DNA of 64,000 nt, taken from positions 64,001-128,000 of the forward strand of contig CAWDVE010000016.1 in NCBI GenBank assembly GCA_963805625.1. Reading direction: 5' to 3'. Position 1 is the first letter of the stretch. Each line of letters opens with the position of its first letter. This document shows positions 60,340 through 64,000 of the stretch, one piece after another. The notes beneath the pieces were generated by a model. That model searched no databases and was not told the DNA's origin. It saw nothing but the letters and a program-made list of their open reading frames with translations. Both the position numbers and the translations under genes were made by a program. The DNA is from an uncultured Candidatus Rokubacteria bacterium (lineage in GTDB: Bacteria > Methylomirabilota > Methylomirabilia > Rokubacteriales > DASRDR01).

Positions 60340-61677
60340 TCAGCGGCCGGGGAACACCACCTTCAGGCAGTCGGCCAGCACACCGAGCACCGTCTCGACC
60401 TCGCCCTCGTCGATGATGAGCGGAGGCTTGATCTTGATCACGTTCGGCAGCGCCGACGCCGTCGCCAGGATCACGCCGCGCTGCCACGCCTCTGCGACCA
60501 GGCGCTTGGCCTCCGCGGCCGCCGGCGCCCGGCTCTCCGGATCCGTGACCAGCTCGACGCCGATGAAGAGCCCCGGCCCGCGGATGTCGCCGATCTGCGG
60601 ATATTCGGCCTGGAGGGCCTTGAGACCGCGGGTGAAGAGCGCGCCCATCCTGGCAGCGTGCTCCGGGATACGGTCGCGCTCGAGAATCTCGATGACCTTG
60701 AGCGCCGCGGCCTGGGCGATGGGATTCGACCCGAACGTGTAGACGTCCTCGCCCGTCGCCTCGAACTGCTTCAGCCGGTCGTCCGCGACGACGGCGGCCA
60801 TCGGGAAGCCGCCCCCGATCGCCTTGGACAGCACCATGATGTCCGGCGTCACGCCGAGCCCCTCGGCGGCGAACATCCGGCCCGTCCGCCCGAACGCCGT
60901 CTGGATCTCGTCGAAGATCAGGAGCGCGCCGAACTCGTCGGCGATGCGGCGCACCTCGCGGGTGAACGCGGCCGGGAAGGGGATGCCACCACCGTTGCCC
61001 TGGATCGGCTCCATCATGATCGCGGCCACCGGGCCGTCCACACCGCGCTGGAGCGTGTCCCGGATCGGCGCCGCGCAACCGGCGTCGCACTGGCCGTCGG
61101 GCCCGTGCTGGGCGCGCCGCCAGCAGCGGTACGCATACGGGTTCGGCACCCGGACGAAGTTCTGCATGAACGGCATGAACTTCACCCCGGGCCCGTAGTG
61201 ACCTGCCGTGCGGGTGGGGCTCCACGACGCCGCCATCGTCGCCAGCGTGTTGCCGTGGTAGGCATGGTAGAACGTCACGAACCGGTGCGCGGCGGGCCGG
61301 TTGATCATCGCGAGCTTCATCGCGGACTCGATTCCGAGGGAGCCGGTCGGCGCGTACGTCACGATGTTGAGATGGCCGGGGCAGAGGTCGGCCAGGCGCT
61401 TGGCGAGGTGGAGCCGCGGGAGCGTCGGGAAGCCCGCGCGCACGTGGGGCATGGTTCGCATCTGGGCGAGCGCGGCCTCCGTCACCTCGGGATGGTTGTA
61501 CCCGAGGGCGAGCGTCCAGGCCTGGGCGGTGCAATCGATGTACGACCTCCCGTCGATGTCCGTGACGCGGGAGCCCTGTCCGCCGACGAGGACGGGACCG
61601 AGCCACGTGGCGCCGTAGCCCACGTGGCGCTGGAGCTCCGCGATCTGCTGGGGCGTGAGCGATCCTTGTTGCGGCAC
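60340..61677 (-). CDS. Class III aminotransferase
   Basis: AYHGNT, MEPIQG, IFDEIQT.FGRTG, SKAIGGG. Confidence 0.93.
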   Translation of the reverse strand: MPQQGSLTPQQIAELQRHVGYGATWLGPVLVGGQGSRVTDIDGRSYIDCTAQAWTLALGYNHPEVTEAALAQMRTMPHVRAGFPTLPRLHLAKRLADLCPGHLNIVTYAPTGSLGIESAMKLAMINRPAAHRFVTFYHAYHGNTLATMAASWSPTRTAGHYGPGVKFMPFMQNFVRVPNPYAYRCWRRAQHGPDGQCDAGCAAPIRDTLQRGVDGPVAAIMMEPIQGNGGGIPFPAAFTREVRRIADEFGALLIFDEIQTAFGRTGRMFAAEGLGVTPDIMVLSKAIGGGFPMAAVVADDRLKQFEATGEDVYTFGSNPIAQAAALKVIEILERDRIPEHAARMGALFTRGLKALQAEYPQIGDIRGPGLFIGVELVTDPESRAPAAAEAKRLVAEAWQRGVILATASALPNVIKIKPPLIIDEGEVETVLGVLADCLKVVFPGR

Positions 61678-61706
61678 GAGCGACTCCTCCTGTGTGGGGG
61701 GCCGGC

Positions 61707-62501
61707 TCAGACGTACTCCATCCGGCCGCCGTTGATGTCGAGGACGGCGCCGTTCACGAACGCGGCGCCGTCGGAGGCGAGGAAGACCACGGCCGCGGCG
61801 ATCTCCGCGGGCTTTCCGATGCGGCCGACCGGGATCTGCTTCGCGAGCGTGTCGAGACGCTCCCGGGGGAGCGAGCTTCCCAGGCGCTCGGTGTCCACGT
61901 AGCCCGGGGAGACGGCGTTGACCGTGACACCGTGCGGCCCGAGCTCCCGTGCGGCGGTGCGGGTGAGCGCGATGACGCCCGCCTTCGCGGCGCCGTAGTG
62001 CCCGAGCGTGGGCCGCCCGCCGATGCGGCCGTGGATGGACGAGGTGTTGACGACCCGGCCCCAGCGCTGCCGCACCATGTGGGGCGCCGCGTGCTTCAGG
62101 CAGAGGAACGTCCCGGTGAGGTGGGAGTCCATCATGAGGTGCCAGGTGGCCTCGTCGAGATCGAGGAGGGACACGTTGAGCTGGGCGCCGAGGGCGCCCG
62201 CGTTGTTGACGAGGACGTCGAGCCGCCCGAGGGTCCGGACCACCGCGTCGACGGCCAGACGGACCTCATCCGACCGGCGGACGTCCGCCTGGACGACCAG
62301 CGTGCGCCGGCCGGCGGCCTGGCACCGTCGCGCCGTCTCCGCGGCGCCGGCAAGGTCCGTGTGGGCGAGGATCGCCACGTCGGCCCCGGCCTCGGCGAGG
62401 GCGACCGCCTCCGCGCGCCCGATCCCCGCCGCCCCGCCCGTGACCAGCGCCACGCGCGGCTCGCTCCACGTCCCGTGGGCCCCGTGCCGCTCGTCGCTCA
62501 C
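61707..62501 (-). CDS. SDR family oxidoreductase (FabG-like)
   Basis: TGGAAGIG, NNAG, YGAAK, NAVSPG. Confidence 0.95.
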   Translation of the reverse strand: MSDERHGAHGTWSEPRVALVTGGAAGIGRAEAVALAEAGADVAILAHTDLAGAAETARRCQAAGRRTLVVQADVRRSDEVRLAVDAVVRTLGRLDVLVNNAGALGAQLNVSLLDLDEATWHLMMDSHLTGTFLCLKHAAPHMVRQRWGRVVNTSSIHGRIGGRPTLGHYGAAKAGVIALTRTAARELGPHGVTVNAVSPGYVDTERLGSSLPRERLDTLAKQIPVGRIGKPAEIAAAVVFLASDGAAFVNGAVLDINGGRMEYV

Positions 62502-62650
62502 TTGGCTCCTCGTGTCCCCGGGCAGTTGATCTGACGGCCTTCGGCCTGTGGGCTCACCCGGTCCTCCCGCGTCCCCGGCGGGAGCCGCTGGCCGGCAGGC
62601 CCGGACGGACGCCGTCGTCGATCATATCCTGTCCTGCCGCCATCCGCCCG

Positions 62651-63487
62651 TCAGCCCTTGAGACCGGTCATCGCGATGCCGCGAATCATGAACTTCTGGG
62701 AGACGGCGTAGGCGAGCAGCATTGGCCCGGTCGAGATCACGGCCGCGGCCATCAGCGGCCCGTAGTTGATGTTCCCGTACGGGTCCTTGAAGAGCGCCAT
62801 CCCCACCGGGAGCGTGCGGAGGTCCGCCGAGTTGATGACGATGACTGGCCACAGGAAGTCGTTCCAGGACCCGAGGAAGAGGATCATGGCGACGGTCGCG
62901 AGCATGGTGCGGACGAGCGGGGAGATGAGGGTGAGGACGATCCGGATCTCGCCGGCGCCGTCGATCCGCGCCGCCTCGATGAGCTCGGTCGGAACCTGTC
63001 GAATGGCCTGGCGCAGGAGGAAGACGCCGAAGGCACTCGCGAAGTTGGGCGCCAGGATTCCGGCGTACGTGTCGACCCAGCCGATCCGCGAGAGAAGGAC
63101 GTAGAGCGCGACGGAGGTCACCTGGACGGGCACCATCAGCGTGCTCAGGATCAGGAGGAAGAGCACGTTCTGGAGCGGGAACCGGTAGACGGCGAAGGCG
63201 TAGCCGGCGAAGAGCCCGAAGACGAGCGAGCCGCCCACCGAGACGACGGCGACCACGAGGCTGTTCCAATAGTAGAGGAGCCAGGGCGCCTTCTGGAGCG
63301 CGTACTGAAAGTGCTCGAACGTCACTCGACTCGGCCACCACATTGGGGGAAACGCCATGACGTCGGGGGCCGGGCTCAGCGCGGTGACGAGCATCCAGTA
63401 GAAGGGTAGGATCATGAGGACGGCCACGCCGGCGACGAGGACCAGCAGCACGAGCGTCCCGAGCGCGCGGAGCGGCGACCCCCACAT
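62651..63487 (-). CDS. Carbohydrate ABC permease
   Basis: ELIEAARIDGA, WNDFLWP. Confidence 0.93.
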   Translation of the reverse strand: MWGSPLRALGTLVLLVLVAGVAVLMILPFYWMLVTALSPAPDVMAFPPMWWPSRVTFEHFQYALQKAPWLLYYWNSLVVAVVSVGGSLVFGLFAGYAFAVYRFPLQNVLFLLILSTLMVPVQVTSVALYVLLSRIGWVDTYAGILAPNFASAFGVFLLRQAIRQVPTELIEAARIDGAGEIRIVLTLISPLVRTMLATVAMILFLGSWNDFLWPVIVINSADLRTLPVGMALFKDPYGNINYGPLMAAAVISTGPMLLAYAVSQKFMIRGIAMTGLKG

Positions 63488-63489
63488 GA

Positions 63490-64000
63490 TCAGTAGCTGA
63501 CCTCGAAGCGCTTGCTGTAGACGTACTGGACCACGGTCACCCCGAGGATCAGCACGAAGAGCACGGTCGCCTCGGCTGCCGCGTAGCCAAAGTTGTAGCG
63601 CTCGAAGGCCTGGCGGTAGAGGTCGAGGACGACGACGTTGGTCGAGCCGGCCGGTCCTCCGCTCGTGAGCACGAAGACCTGGTCGAACACCTGGAAGGCC
63701 TGGATCGAGTTGTAGATGAGGAGGAACGCGGTCGTCGGCGCGAGCAGCGGAAACGTGATACGTCGGAATCGCTGAAAGGCCCCGGCCCCGTCGATCCGCG
63801 CTGCCTCGAGGAAGCTCTCGGGGATCGCCTGGAGCCCGGCCAGGTAGATGACCATGTTGTAGCCGAGCCCTTTCCAGATGCTGAACAGGATGATGGACAG
63901 CAGCGCGGTCCGGCTCGACATGAGCCACGGCTGGATCGGCAGGCCGACCAGGCGGAGGAGCACGTTGAAGAGGCCGAACTGCGGGTTGTACAGCCACCAC
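63490..64000 (-). CDS. Carbohydrate ABC permease (5' part outside the window)
   Basis: YLAGLQAIP, EAARIDGA, TSGGP. Confidence 0.92.
   Translation of the reverse strand, partial: WWLYNPQFGLFNVLLRLVGLPIQPWLMSSRTALLSIILFSIWKGLGYNMVIYLAGLQAIPESFLEAARIDGAGAFQRFRRITFPLLAPTTAFLLIYNSIQAFQVFDQVFVLTSGGPAGSTNVVVLDLYRQAFERYNFGYAAAEATVLFVLILGVTVVQYVYSKRFEVSY

Noticed and set aside
1-64000. Many long Arg/Pro/Gly/Ala-rich ORFs overlapping real genes
   Set aside because: Shadow frames expected at high GC. They have no motifs, and a better-supported gene occupies each locus.

Overview
High-GC bacterial chromosome segment. The gene style suggests Rokubacteria/Methylomirabilota (inference only). About 1-3.5 kb and 28-64 kb hold ordinary metabolic and transport genes: enoyl-CoA hydratases, M20/M24 peptidases, two branched-chain ABC systems, purC, dapL, hemE-hemG, a hybrid histidine kinase, a DegP-like protease, CocE, an amidase, class III aminotransferases and sugar ABC permeases. 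About 3.6-28 kb is an integration hotspot around an intact tRNA-Asp(GTC) at 13971-14048. An exact copy of its 5' half, with its own sigma70 promoter and terminator, lies at 4356-4397, and a degenerate copy of its 3' end lies at about 27966. A tRNA-Leu-like 5' half at 26193-26233 is broken at the same structural position. The left segment carries an HTH/nucleotidyltransferase toxin-antitoxin-like pair, a PIN remnant and a 2.3-kb IS with a 5-bp target duplication. It also carries a sigma54-controlled three-gene secreted module: an Ig/PKD/NTF2-like protein, a carboxypeptidase-regulatory-like protein and a Zn-phospholipase C/P1-nuclease-like protein. This module and the anticodon-broken tRNA halves are the best candidates for something undescribed. 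No CRISPR array or rRNA was seen. All product calls come from motif recognition, not database searches.
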